A stretch of DNA of 64,000 nucleotides from an uncultured Phycisphaeraceae bacterium (GTDB taxonomy: Bacteria; Planctomycetota; Phycisphaerae; Phycisphaerales; Phycisphaeraceae), in the NCBI GenBank assembly GCA_937988825.1, contig CALKHT010000056.1, positions 1 to 64,000 on the forward strand. Reading direction: 5' to 3'. The stretch's first letter is position 1, and every line of letters starts with the position of its first letter. A model generated the notes under the pieces. The model made no database searches, had not been told where the DNA came from, and saw nothing but the letters and a program-made list of their open reading frames with translations. The translations under genes were made by a program, and so were the position numbers. Positions 20,001-28,789 of the stretch are shown here, one piece after another.

Positions 20001-22554
20001 CGCGAATGCTCTTGAGGCGTGACTGAATGTCATCGACGCGCACGGTGTCGTTCAGCGCGGCCAGCTCTTCGCAGATGTCGCGAATCTTGTCGATGAGCAT
20101 ATCGCTGGCGAAGTAGCTGTTGATCGCCACGATCTCATTCATTCCCTGCACGCGCGAGCGGATGCTGTTGAGGATGCGCGTAGCTGCCTGCCCCAGTGCG
20201 TCAGCGCGGCGGTTGCGCTTCTCCACCAGTTGCAGCTTGCGATTCTCGAACGCGTTGTAGATTTCCTCTCGCTTCTCCGTAAGCTGCAGCACGAACTCGT
20301 CAAACTCGGCGAATCGGCCTTCCAGATCCTCAAGCTGCACCATGATGCGCGTGAGGTACTGATCCACCTTCTCCGGCTCGTCAGCCAGATCAAGATAATT
20401 CGCCACCGACTGGCTCAGCAGCTTCAACTGGCTGTTGAACTCGGCAATGCCTTCGGATCGCCCCAGTTCCTGCTGTTTGTTGCGCAGACGCGAGCGCGTG
20501 GCATTGATGTGACCGAAGATTTCGGAAATGGAATCGACAATCTCGGTGCGTTTGGTCGTGTCATCAATGCGAAGGTTGCTGACGACCTCGATGAGCATTT
20601 CCAGCTCATCGGCACTCTTTTGCACCTGCTGGGCCAGTTCACGCGCTTCAGTCAGTTTGGTCAGACTGTCGATACGGGCATCGTGTTCACGGGCCGCGAG
20701 ACGATAGGGATCGAGCGATGCGGGGTCCAGCAGATGCGCCACGCAGCGTTCGGACAGACTGTCTGTCTGCCGACGCACCGCATCTTCCAGTTCATCCACG
20801 CGGGCCAGGTCGACGTAACGCAGATCGCGCAGGGCGATCACCCGCCCGCGAATCTCGCGCAGGGCGGTCATCGCCTCGACAAAGACAAGGATGTTGTCGT
20901 AGATGCGGGTCGCGTTGCGGCTGACAAGCTCCTCCACCTCACGGGCGAGTTTATCGGTCTGCCGCTGCGTGTCCCGCCGGATACGCGTGACCTTTTCGTA
21001 TTCGCCCACGGCAGCCTGCGCAGCACTGCGAATCTCGCGCAGGGGTTCGGCGAGTTTCGCCGCCTCCTCGTGATCAAGCCAGAACCAGGCGTCGAGCAGA
21101 TCGGTGGTGGTGCGAACCAGATCGAGATACAGATCCGCGTAAGGATCCTTACGGTTGATGAGTTCAAGCACCTCGACGCACTCGGCCATGGCACGCACGA
21201 CATCGCGATTGCCGATCTTGTAGAGGAACGACTTGCGATCCATGTGGCTGACATGGTCAGGGCCGACAAAAGGTGTCTGCCACACCTGCACCGCGTGATG
21301 CTTCTGCGGCTCGCCGTGCTCGGGTGCCTTGAAGAAGATGAGCCGCCCGTCACCAAAGAAGGCGTATCCGTTGCTCACCAGCGGCGTCTGCACCGTCTGC
21401 TCGATGAGGTTGTAGGCGAGGATAACGTAATCGCCCGATTCGCGGTTGTAGAAGATGTAGGCGAAGTCCTCACCATTGGGCGAGGCAATACGCCGCTCAA
21501 AGAGCAGATCATCGGGCAGATTGGGAAAGCGCTGATACTTACCTGACGCCAGGTAGTACCCATGGGCGAAAAGCAGGCCATGATCCTCCGGCAGCAGCAC
21601 GCACGCTTTGCCGATGCTGTCCTCTCGAACCACCTCCTGAAGCTTCGCGTTATAGATGAAATAGCGGTAAGCGTTCTCCTGGTACGGGCGAATCTTCAGC
21701 AGGACCAGGTGGCCCACGCGAACGAAGTAGATCTCCGCATCGTCCAGCGTCTGATCCGGGTTCTCGACCGGCTCGCTGTAGATGCCTTCACCTGTGTCGG
21801 TGCTGTCCTCCACTTTGATGGTCAGATCGCCACGGATGGTTTCGACAAATACGATGTCCTCGATCGAATAGTGCGGGTACGCGCCCTGTGTCTGCATGTC
21901 GCGCGTGGCGCGCCGCCATTCGAATTCGTGTTGCGGCGGATAGCGCACCTCATGATCAGACCGGTTGCCGCAATACTTCAGCCCGTCGCCACGTACTGCC
22001 CATTTGAACGTCTTGATGTCGGTCACATCCCGACCAACACGAAAGACCATGTAAATGTGCGGCCCATCGCGAAAGAATCTTGCGAAGATCGCATTCTTGT
22101 AAAAGCGGAACAGATCCGCGAAATCCTTGCGGAAATCGTCACTGTCCAGCAGTGACAGGTCTTCCTCGTGGAACGTGCCACCCTCCAGGCGATAGGCTGC
22201 GAACACATCGCTGATCTCCACGTTCGTCTTAAGGCCGAAGTGGACGTTGAAACCCATGAGAAATCGGCCGCCTATCTCGACGATGTCGCGCGGGATACAG
22301 TGATGCGCAGTAGTGATGCGATCACTGTCGGTGAGGGCGAAGTCGATGGAGCCGAACACCTGTTTGCGCCGCGCATTGAGCCTGTCCAGCCGTTCACGCA
22401 GATCCCGGCCGTGCGCCTCAAGGCGCCTGCGGATGACCTCGTAGGCGCCCTGATCGATCTGCGCCTCGGCGGCATGCGATGGCCCGGCCACAGACGACTG
22501 TGTCGCTGCGTCGTGAGTGACTTCTTCAGGTTGAGACGCGGTGGTTCTTGCCAT
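17002..22554 (-). CDS. Giant (1850 aa) protein with a central MoxR/AAA_5-like ATPase domain and extensive coiled-coil regions
   Basis: LLLISPPGYGKTTLMEYIASRLG (Walker A), MIYIDDIQH (Walker B), AIVMAGNPYTE...IPDMLANRADTYNL (sensor/NP motif typical of the AAA_5/MoxR/dynein-like clade). Long coiled-coil stretches span about residues 480-900. No other domain recognised by eye. Confidence 0.6.
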   Translation of the reverse strand: MARTTASQPEEVTHDAATQSSVAGPSHAAEAQIDQGAYEVIRRRLEAHGRDLRERLDRLNARRKQVFGSIDFALTDSDRITTAHHCIPRDIVEIGGRFLMGFNVHFGLKTNVEISDVFAAYRLEGGTFHEEDLSLLDSDDFRKDFADLFRFYKNAIFARFFRDGPHIYMVFRVGRDVTDIKTFKWAVRGDGLKYCGNRSDHEVRYPPQHEFEWRRATRDMQTQGAYPHYSIEDIVFVETIRGDLTIKVEDSTDTGEGIYSEPVENPDQTLDDAEIYFVRVGHLVLLKIRPYQENAYRYFIYNAKLQEVVREDSIGKACVLLPEDHGLLFAHGYYLASGKYQRFPNLPDDLLFERRIASPNGEDFAYIFYNRESGDYVILAYNLIEQTVQTPLVSNGYAFFGDGRLIFFKAPEHGEPQKHHAVQVWQTPFVGPDHVSHMDRKSFLYKIGNRDVVRAMAECVEVLELINRKDPYADLYLDLVRTTTDLLDAWFWLDHEEAAKLAEPLREIRSAAQAAVGEYEKVTRIRRDTQRQTDKLAREVEELVSRNATRIYDNILVFVEAMTALREIRGRVIALRDLRYVDLARVDELEDAVRRQTDSLSERCVAHLLDPASLDPYRLAAREHDARIDSLTKLTEARELAQQVQKSADELEMLIEVVSNLRIDDTTKRTEIVDSISEIFGHINATRSRLRNKQQELGRSEGIAEFNSQLKLLSQSVANYLDLADEPEKVDQYLTRIMVQLEDLEGRFAEFDEFVLQLTEKREEIYNAFENRKLQLVEKRNRRADALGQAATRILNSIRSRVQGMNEIVAINSYFASDMLIDKIRDICEELAALNDTVRVDDIQSRLKSIREEAVRQLKDRIELQEGGRNTIRFGRHVFSVNTQPIDLTIITRDNRMQLHLTGTQFFEPIEDARLEATRDVWSQEIVSENHAVYRAEYLAWLMFQELAAREPAEIEAMLTEDESVLVEQVRQFMSPRYSEGYTKGVHDVDAARILRELLRMQLTIGLLRYSPSARALASVFWHVMSDGVHKKALAAHAIGLGKARELFTGNGLDQRVQRELVPLITAFAEQHPHNLFDPALAEEAAAYLCHELANPAQAFVVSPDAANLVEAFNTDLKSRRKASAFDEAVEALEGHPRRQFALIRDWLRAYVATLDEPRRSEAQPYVDEAAARIAEGGVKPTRIIGVSTRTVIEGLVGTHPTIQEGRLTLDFNAFMARLNHFARVTVPKYQAYAALKHEIIERARAEMRIEEFTPKVLTSFVRNRLINEVFLSLIGNNLAKQMGTAGSGTRTDRNGLLLLISPPGYGKTTLMEYIASRLGVIFMKINGPAIGHNVTSIDPAEATNAAAREELEKLNLAFEMGDNVMIYIDDIQHTSPEFLQKFISLCDAQRRIEGVYKGRTRTYDFRGRKVAIVMAGNPYTESGEKFRIPDMLANRADTYNLGDIIGDHAEAFKMSYLENCLTSNPTLNPLATRSQADVYNVIRIAETDSRENIEFEGNYSREEIEEMVSVMKKLIIVRDVILRVNQQYIASAGQEDQYRTEPPFLLQGSYRNMNRIAEKVMPVMNDQELRTLIMASYEQDAQTLTTGAEANLLKFREMMGWLTEEEKARWEKIKRTFVRNNSVRALGGDDKTAAVLSQMAGLNQNLGDIHGALAQGLSRLEAVNGRRDVEPPRIDLTPVAEQLASFVQSITAIRDAIAALAAGRDIAARTAPVEARLDATTLDAIRELMQQIAQRSGAVLPPAPINAAEDKPAPGVSKPSTGAPGNGDAAVPFEVRVINKVPATFLYVMKEQFALMRAWMEPLSRLVAGQPGQLGEMERSLRTIAARYDDIIQRLEKNQPESGDPADQS

Positions 22555-22662
22555 CTTTGATCAGAAAAGACCGCCGGGGAACAAGCGTCGCTCCACTCGT
22601 TCATTCACGCCCGCAAGGCGGAGCGTCCGATTCCGTTACGCTCCGCCGTGACGCATGCTTCA

Positions 22663-24804
22663 TCACGCCCGCTGGCTGCCCGTGGGAATCGTCACACCGA
22701 GAGTGGTGAGCTTCTGGTCAGCGTACCCCGCCTCCCGCGACAGGCTCAGCAGCTTACGCAGCTCCGCCGTGAAGCCCTCATCCTTCGACTGCGCCAGCAC
22801 CTTGCCGATGAGTGCCGCGATCGAGAGGTTCTTCACATCCTCACTGTCGATCCCTGAATCACGGATGATGTCGGCAATGCGCTGCGGCAGCGAGCGGTCG
22901 TCGCCGTCGCCGTTTCCATTGCCGTTGAGCAGCGAGTTCGACAGGCGCGACAGGTGCTCGGAATTGTTGACGAATCGGTCAAGCTGCTTGCCGCGTGTGA
23001 TGGCGTTGAGGATGGTGTCGAAGAACACCGCCTCGCCGCCCACGATGTCGATCTTCGCCGTCTTGAGTGCCTCGGCAAGCACCTTCGCCTGCTCGGCCGC
23101 GATCTCCCGCATGACGTCGATCTGACGCAGTTCGACCTGAAGCTGCTTGTTGAGGTTGAGCTTGAATTCTTCGTGCTCCTTGCCCACACCGTCGAGCTTT
23201 TTCATCGCTTCGGCCTTGGCGGCGACACCCTCGGCTTCGGACGCATACTTCTGCCGCATGACCTCAGCTTCGGCTTCGCCCTGGGCACGAATCGCTTCGG
23301 CCTTGGCGCGCTCGCCCGCCGCCTCCGCCTCCAGCTTCTTCTGCACCACTTCCGCTTCGGCGGCACCATACTTCTGCAACGCGCTGGCCTTGGCGTGCAT
23401 CACCTCCGCTTCCGCCAGGCCGTGCGCTGCGACCTCCGCCTGCACCGCCTCGGCCAGCTTCATCTTGCCCAGCGCTTCCTTCTCTGCCGCCTGACGCCGT
23501 GCCTCGGCCTCGATGAGAATCTCGTCCGCCTCGAACTGGCTGGCCAGCTTACTCGCCTCGGCCTTCTTCACCTCGCGGACCTTGTCCTCCTCGGCCTGCG
23601 CCGTTGCAGCTGTCACCCGCACCGCCTTGGCGCGCTCGGCCGCCATGATCTCTTCCGTGTCGCGGATCTTCTGCTGTTCCTCAACCACCGCGCGCTCGAC
23701 GATGACACGCTCGCGAATCACATCCTGAATCTTCTTGCGCTCGACCTCCAGCGCCTTTTCCTTCTCGATCCGCGCCAGTTCCACCACGCGCAGACGTTCG
23801 GTCTCCTCCAGTTCCTGCTCGCGTTTGACACGCTCCAGTTCCACCGCGTCGGTGCGTTCCTTGGCGCGCTGCGCGACGAGAATCTGCCGCGCCTTGTTCT
23901 GCTCGGCAACGCCCAGTTCCTCCTCCGTGGTGATGCGGGCACGCTCCGCCTTGTAACGCTCCTCCTGCACCACCTTTTCCGCTTCGGCCTGTTCGCGGGC
24001 ACGCACGGCCGCCACCTCGCGGGCCTGCCGTGCTTCCGCCTCAGCCTGCTGACGCTCCAGCTCCAGAATCACTTCGCGCGCTTCGACATCCTGTTTCTTG
24101 ATCGTCTTTTCCTTTTCACGCAGGATGCTGTTGGCGACGATCGCTTCGCGCGCGGTCAGATCGGTGATCTTCTTGATACCTTCCGCGTCCAGGATGTTGT
24201 TCGGATCCAGCTGGTTGAGATCGGTCTGCTCGAGGTAGTCGATGGCTGCGTCATCCAGCACGTAACCGTTCAGGTCGGTACCGATGTGCTGGAGAATCTC
24301 GTTCTTGAAACGTTCGCGTTCAGTGTAAAGCTCGGTGAAGTTGAACGACTTGCCCACCGTCTTGAGCGCTTCGGAGAACTTGGCGTCGAAAAGTTCAATC
24401 AGTGCGTTGATGTCCGATGCCCGGCGGCAGCCGATCGACTGTGCGACCTGCAGTACGTCCGCCGCCACATTGTTCACGCGAACGAAGAACGCCACCTTGA
24501 TGTCCGCACGGACATTGTCCTTGCAGATCAGGCCCTCGGAGCCATGACGATAAATCTCGATCCGTTTGACCGAGATGTCCATGAACTCCTTGCGATGGAT
24601 AACGGGCACCACGATCATGCCCGAGAAGCTGACGCGGGTCTGGCCAATCCCCGTGCGCACCAGCGCTGTGCCCTGTTCCACCTTGACGTAGAACTTGGCG
24701 ATCATCGCCAACACGCCAAAGAGGATGATGAAAACGAAAATGACGGCCGTCACAATCGTCATCGTCAGGGTACCGGCCGCGAGCATTAGTGGGACACTGG
24801 TCAC
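22663..24804 (-). CDS. Flotillin-like SPFH/band-7 protein (YqiK/FloT type)
   Basis: N-terminal TM followed by an SPFH domain, then a very long EA-rich (ERQQAEAEARQAREVAAVRAREQAEAEK...) flotillin-type repeat region; 713 aa. Confidence 0.8.
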   Translation of the reverse strand: MTSVPLMLAAGTLTMTIVTAVIFVFIILFGVLAMIAKFYVKVEQGTALVRTGIGQTRVSFSGMIVVPVIHRKEFMDISVKRIEIYRHGSEGLICKDNVRADIKVAFFVRVNNVAADVLQVAQSIGCRRASDINALIELFDAKFSEALKTVGKSFNFTELYTERERFKNEILQHIGTDLNGYVLDDAAIDYLEQTDLNQLDPNNILDAEGIKKITDLTAREAIVANSILREKEKTIKKQDVEAREVILELERQQAEAEARQAREVAAVRAREQAEAEKVVQEERYKAERARITTEEELGVAEQNKARQILVAQRAKERTDAVELERVKREQELEETERLRVVELARIEKEKALEVERKKIQDVIRERVIVERAVVEEQQKIRDTEEIMAAERAKAVRVTAATAQAEEDKVREVKKAEASKLASQFEADEILIEAEARRQAAEKEALGKMKLAEAVQAEVAAHGLAEAEVMHAKASALQKYGAAEAEVVQKKLEAEAAGERAKAEAIRAQGEAEAEVMRQKYASEAEGVAAKAEAMKKLDGVGKEHEEFKLNLNKQLQVELRQIDVMREIAAEQAKVLAEALKTAKIDIVGGEAVFFDTILNAITRGKQLDRFVNNSEHLSRLSNSLLNGNGNGDGDDRSLPQRIADIIRDSGIDSEDVKNLSIAALIGKVLAQSKDEGFTAELRKLLSLSREAGYADQKLTTLGVTIPTGSQRA

Positions 24805-24871
24805 TTGGCACCTCCGGGTTGATTCAAATTCAATACAGGTTGTTCATTCACTCATGCGTGGGCGACAGTGT

Positions 24872-25576
24872 TCACGACGATTGTCCGGGTTTTGGCATCG
24901 TGTCTGACGCCTGCGGGTGATCGTGCGACGCATCCTGCCAGAAGCCGCGAACCACATACACATTCGATTTCGCGTCCTGGCCGATCACCACCGCCTCATC
25001 GCCCTTGCTGAGCATTGTGCGATCGTCGCTCGTCCTCACGTTTAATCGCAGCGGCGCACCATTGGTCGGAATCTCCACCTGACCGAGCCGATGCGTAACG
25101 GTGAGCGACACCACGGTGCCACGCCGACCGATCAGGTCCAGTTTCTGTTCCGCCTCCTCCTGTTCCTTCATCCGAGCGAAAAGCGCCTTAAGCGGCAGCG
25201 TCAAAACCTTCGTCAGCAGCAGCGAGCCGATCACCATCGGCACCAGCGCCGCCAGTTGCAGCAGCCCACCCCACTTGCCAATCAACGGGTAACTGAGCAC
25301 CCCCACCATCCAGAACGCGAGGATGAACACCGACCAGAGCACCAGCACCGGCACCGTGCCTATGTGGAAGAACCGCAGGATCGAAGCGCCAATGCCCGCT
25401 TGCAGCATGCCGTGCGGCGTGTCCGTATCCAGATCCAGATCAGTGTCCAACCCCGTATCCGCGTCGAAGTCAAAGTCGAGGCTGTCGATACCCACCGCCC
25501 CCAGGATCACGACCAGCCAGTACAAGGTCGTCAACCCCAGCAATACGGACGCGATGAGATTGAGCATGCTGCCGGT
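24872..25576 (-). CDS. NfeD/YqiJ-like membrane protein with C-terminal OB-fold (flotillin partner)
   Basis: Multi-TM N-terminal half and C-terminal ...GTVVSLTVTHRLGQVEIPTNGAPLRLNVRTSDDRTMLSKGDEAVVIGQ... OB-fold-like segment, as in YqiJ/NfeD proteins encoded upstream of flotillins. The listed ORF extends to 25690; the ATG at 25576 (MLNLIASVLL) is the more plausible start. Confidence 0.6.
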   Translation of the reverse strand, partial: TGSMLNLIASVLLGLTTLYWLVVILGAVGIDSLDFDFDADTGLDTDLDLDTDTPHGMLQAGIGASILRFFHIGTVPVLVLWSVFILAFWMVGVLSYPLIGKWGGLLQLAALVPMVIGSLLLTKVLTLPLKALFARMKEQEEAEQKLDLIGRRGTVVSLTVTHRLGQVEIPTNGAPLRLNVRTSDDRTMLSKGDEAVVIGQDAKSNVYVVRGFWQDASHDHPQASDTMPKPGQSS

Positions 25577-25941
25577 ACACGCTTCGATGAACTCCGCCAC
25601 GGCTGCACCTCCTCGACCGCGGTCCACTATAGCGGCGGGCCCATTCCCGCAGATGAGAAAATGAAGGATCGCGATCCCACTGATGCGCAAAAAAATGAAT
25701 AGCTCAAATATGCCCCCGCAAAACGACTGGCGACGACATGGCCCGAGCTATCAGCGTAGCCGAAGTTGGAACGGGATGAAAGGGGTGATCGGGGATGGCG
25801 TGGAGGGAGGGAGATGAGGATTAACAGAACCGCCGCACTGAATTTCTCCCTCTCCCCGCGGGGGAAAGGGTCAGGGTGAAGGGGCGAAGGTCCACCGGCG
25901 CCAATCCCAGCGACGCTGTCCGAACACCGCTGCGCCGTACG

Positions 25942-27996
25942 CTACTTATGCCCCAGCACCGCCACGCCGTCCCACATGCGCGGCGGAGCATCGATGTACT
26001 GGCGGCAGCGGGCTGCCAGGGTCGCCGACGCCGGGTCGCCGTATCGTTTGACCAGCGCCTCAAACCGTGCCGCTGCCTCGGTGAAATGGCCCTCAAAGTA
26101 GATCGCCAGTGCCCGCTCGTATGCGTCGCGCAGGAGCAGCAACCGTTCATCAACCTCGCCCGACACACCCAGTAGCTCGAACACATCCGTCGGATGTGCC
26201 CTGCCTTTGACGACCACGCGGTCGAGCTGCCGCCAGTGGAACTGATCACCTGTGCTTTGCTGAACCGCATCGGACGCCAGCAGGTGCGTGCCATACACCT
26301 TGTTGAGCGATTCGAGGCGGCTGGTGAGATTGACGCCGTCGCCCATCGCAGTGTAGGTCAGATGATCAGCAGTGCCGACGTTTCCCACGACAACGCGGTC
26401 AGTGTGTAGACCGATGCGCTGCTCCAGCAGGATACGGCCATCGCGCTGGCGTTGCTCGTTGACCTCGCGCAGACGTCGCTGCGAATCGAGTGCCGCCCGA
26501 CATGCCGCAGCGGAATGGTCCGGCACCGGCAGCGGCGCGTTGAAGAAGGCGAAGATGCCATCGCCGACGAACTGCACCAGCGTACCCTTGTGCCGCGCCA
26601 GCGCATCGGCGGTTGTTTCAAAGTAGGCGGACAAATCCTCCACGACACGATCAGGTGTGCGCGACTCGCTGTGCCAGGTGAAGTTCGCCAGATCGCTGAA
26701 CATCATTGTGACCTCGCGCACCTGTCCGCCGAGCTTCGCTTCCTCACCGTTGGCGAGCAGCGACCTCACAAGCTCGGCCGGCACATAACGTGAGAAAGAC
26801 CTTAGTCCCGCCTTCATGCGTTCCGCCGCAGCAATAACGGTGGTTACCTCGGCAATGCGTGAGGGTTGCATCGCCTCGCCGGTCAAATCGAACCGGCCGA
26901 TGCGATCCAGCTCCTGTGACACCTCGCGCAGCGGTCGGGTCATGCGCTGCGTGAAGCGATAGCCCAGCACAATCGCGGTGAGCACCGCCAGTGCGCCAAT
27001 GCTCGACGCCCAGATGGCGTTGTAGCGGGCGACATGCAGGTACTCATCGGTCGGCACAAGCACGGCGAGCATGATCTGTCCGCCACCACCGAGACTGATG
27101 TGGTCGACCAGCGTGGCATACGCCTGCCCACCGAACGATAACACCCGGCGGTGCGTACCGTTATCTTCCATCACTGCGGCCCGCAGTTCTGCCGGGGTGG
27201 GCACGGTCACATCATCCTGCGGTGCGGTGCCGGCAATGAGCTGGCCTTGTGGCGAGAGAATGAAAATGCTGCCGGCTGAATCACCGCGCGTTTCTTCAAG
27301 AAAATGTTGCAGGGCCGTGACGGTCAGGTCGATCGTCAGCACACCGCGCAGCTCGCCATCCTTCGTGTAGATGGGCAGGCTTGTGGTGATCCCGCGTTCC
27401 TCGACGCCATAAAAGGTGTAAGGTTCGCTCCACGCGATGCCGCGGGCCCGCACCGCGTCCTGATACCAGGGACGATTGCGTGGATCGAAGTCTGGCGGCC
27501 CGGGGCCGTCGTAAACCAGTTGGCCATCACGCATGAGATAGTCGTACGCTTCGGGACCATCGTCCGCGACGGAGTAGTTGACGATGATCTCACCATCGGG
27601 CCGACGATTCGCCCCCACGAAAAGGCCATCCGATTCCTGTCCGTAGGAAACCCACTCCAGCCCCTCATCGGTGGCGATCACCCGCGCCAGTGCCATACCC
27701 ACCGCCTGCCAGTCCAGCGGCGGCGTCAGCAACAGTTCCTGATGGCCAGCCAGATAAAGCAGCACCGATTCAGCGCTGCGAATGCGGGCATCCACCTTGT
27801 GTCGCACCGATGTGGCTGTGCTGGCCAGATATCGATTGCTCAGATCCTCCACCGACTGGCGGGTGGATATGTACGCCACCGTCGCAACAACCAGCACCGT
27901 ACCGAGCAGTGTGCTCAGCAGGAGCATCAGCACCGCCGTGCGCAGACGAAACGTCATGCGCTCGCGCGATTGAAACTTGTTCCGACGTCGCGGCAT
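25942..27996 (-). CDS. Class III adenylate/guanylate cyclase with periplasmic Cache-like sensor and TM/HAMP region
   Basis: N-terminal TM, a large periplasmic domain, a second TM, then the CHD catalytic core (TMMFSDLANFT...LVQFVGDGIFAFFNAP...GLHTDRVVVGNVGT...YTAMGDGVNLTSRLE), followed by a C-terminal helical region. Confidence 0.8.
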   Translation of the reverse strand: MPRRRNKFQSRERMTFRLRTAVLMLLLSTLLGTVLVVATVAYISTRQSVEDLSNRYLASTATSVRHKVDARIRSAESVLLYLAGHQELLLTPPLDWQAVGMALARVIATDEGLEWVSYGQESDGLFVGANRRPDGEIIVNYSVADDGPEAYDYLMRDGQLVYDGPGPPDFDPRNRPWYQDAVRARGIAWSEPYTFYGVEERGITTSLPIYTKDGELRGVLTIDLTVTALQHFLEETRGDSAGSIFILSPQGQLIAGTAPQDDVTVPTPAELRAAVMEDNGTHRRVLSFGGQAYATLVDHISLGGGGQIMLAVLVPTDEYLHVARYNAIWASSIGALAVLTAIVLGYRFTQRMTRPLREVSQELDRIGRFDLTGEAMQPSRIAEVTTVIAAAERMKAGLRSFSRYVPAELVRSLLANGEEAKLGGQVREVTMMFSDLANFTWHSESRTPDRVVEDLSAYFETTADALARHKGTLVQFVGDGIFAFFNAPLPVPDHSAAACRAALDSQRRLREVNEQRQRDGRILLEQRIGLHTDRVVVGNVGTADHLTYTAMGDGVNLTSRLESLNKVYGTHLLASDAVQQSTGDQFHWRQLDRVVVKGRAHPTDVFELLGVSGEVDERLLLLRDAYERALAIYFEGHFTEAAARFEALVKRYGDPASATLAARCRQYIDAPPRMWDGVAVLGHK

Positions 27997-28229
27997 TCTC
28001 CCTGAATCCTGCCCGTCCCGGCGTCAGTTGAAGCGCTCAAACGCGCTCACAATCACAAAACAACCTGAGTATCGGATCCGCCAGGTCGCCAAGAGCCGCC
28101 CTTTCCGTCTTTGTTCCTCCGGCGACGGTCGCCAGCTCAGCTTCCGACAGTAATCACTCATGGTCATGATTTTCCATAGGACCGCGCCCCGCGTAACCGT
28201 CGATGGGCCGCGCGGCGCATGATGGTGCA

Positions 28230-28523
28230 TCAGAACCGCGTGATGAATCGCAGCGAGTTTTCCGCTTCGGAAGATTCAACGATGCCCTGAAGCAGATGGC
28301 CCACCAGACCGCCCGCTACGCCGGCGAGCTGTTCCTCACTCAGTTCGCCGCCGGACGAGCCGGACATGCCGGCCTGCAGCTCCTTCAGCGTCAGGGCAAT
28401 GCCCGCGCGGTTCGCAATCGCAACCACATCCTGCGGCGACTGTGCCTGCGCCAGCGCAGCCCGAAACGTCTCATCTTCCTTCGCTTTTCGCGTCAGTTCC
28501 TTCAGTGAGGCGGAAATCCCCAT
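28230..28523 (-). CDS. Nif11-like leader peptide precursor (RiPP/bacteriocin-type, double-glycine leader)
   Basis: MGISASLKELTRKAKEDETFRAALAQAQSPQDVVAIANRAGIALTLKELQAG... is a Nif11-type leader ending ELSEEQLAGVAGG. Predicted core is LVGHLLQGIVESSEAENSLRFITRF (no Cys). Confidence 0.75.
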   Translation of the reverse strand: MGISASLKELTRKAKEDETFRAALAQAQSPQDVVAIANRAGIALTLKELQAGMSGSSGGELSEEQLAGVAGGLVGHLLQGIVESSEAENSLRFITRF

Positions 28524-28540
28524 GATCAGGTTCCTTCAGA

Positions 28541-28756
28541 TCAACGTTTGAAGAACAGAGGGTCCGCGTAGATCGCATCGGCGTAGATCGCGTCGGACTG
28601 ATGCTGGGTAGGCTGCTGGATACCGCCAGCAGCGTTCTCCAGTTCCGCATCGGTCAGCTCTTCGCGAATCGGCCCCTGCTGAAGATTTGGCCTCGATTGT
28701 TCTGACGGAGAAAGGTTGCCATGGTCACGCTTCATGGAAGTTCTCCAATCGTTCAA
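28541..28756 (-). CDS. Double-glycine leader peptide precursor
   Basis: Leader ends EELTDAELENAAGG; core is IQQPTQHQSDAIYADAIYADPLFFKR. Likely start is the internal ATG (MKRDHG, about 28735), preceded by GGAGAA. Confidence 0.65.
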   Translation of the reverse strand: MNDWRTSMKRDHGNLSPSEQSRPNLQQGPIREELTDAELENAAGGIQQPTQHQSDAIYADAIYADPLFFKR

Positions 28757-28789
28757 GATGAGTGCAAGCGGTTCAGATGACCGATCGGG

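Noticed and set aside
28024-28230. 68-aa minus ORF between the Nif11 precursor and the cyclase
   Set aside because: No leader-like motif and odd composition; likely non-coding spacer.
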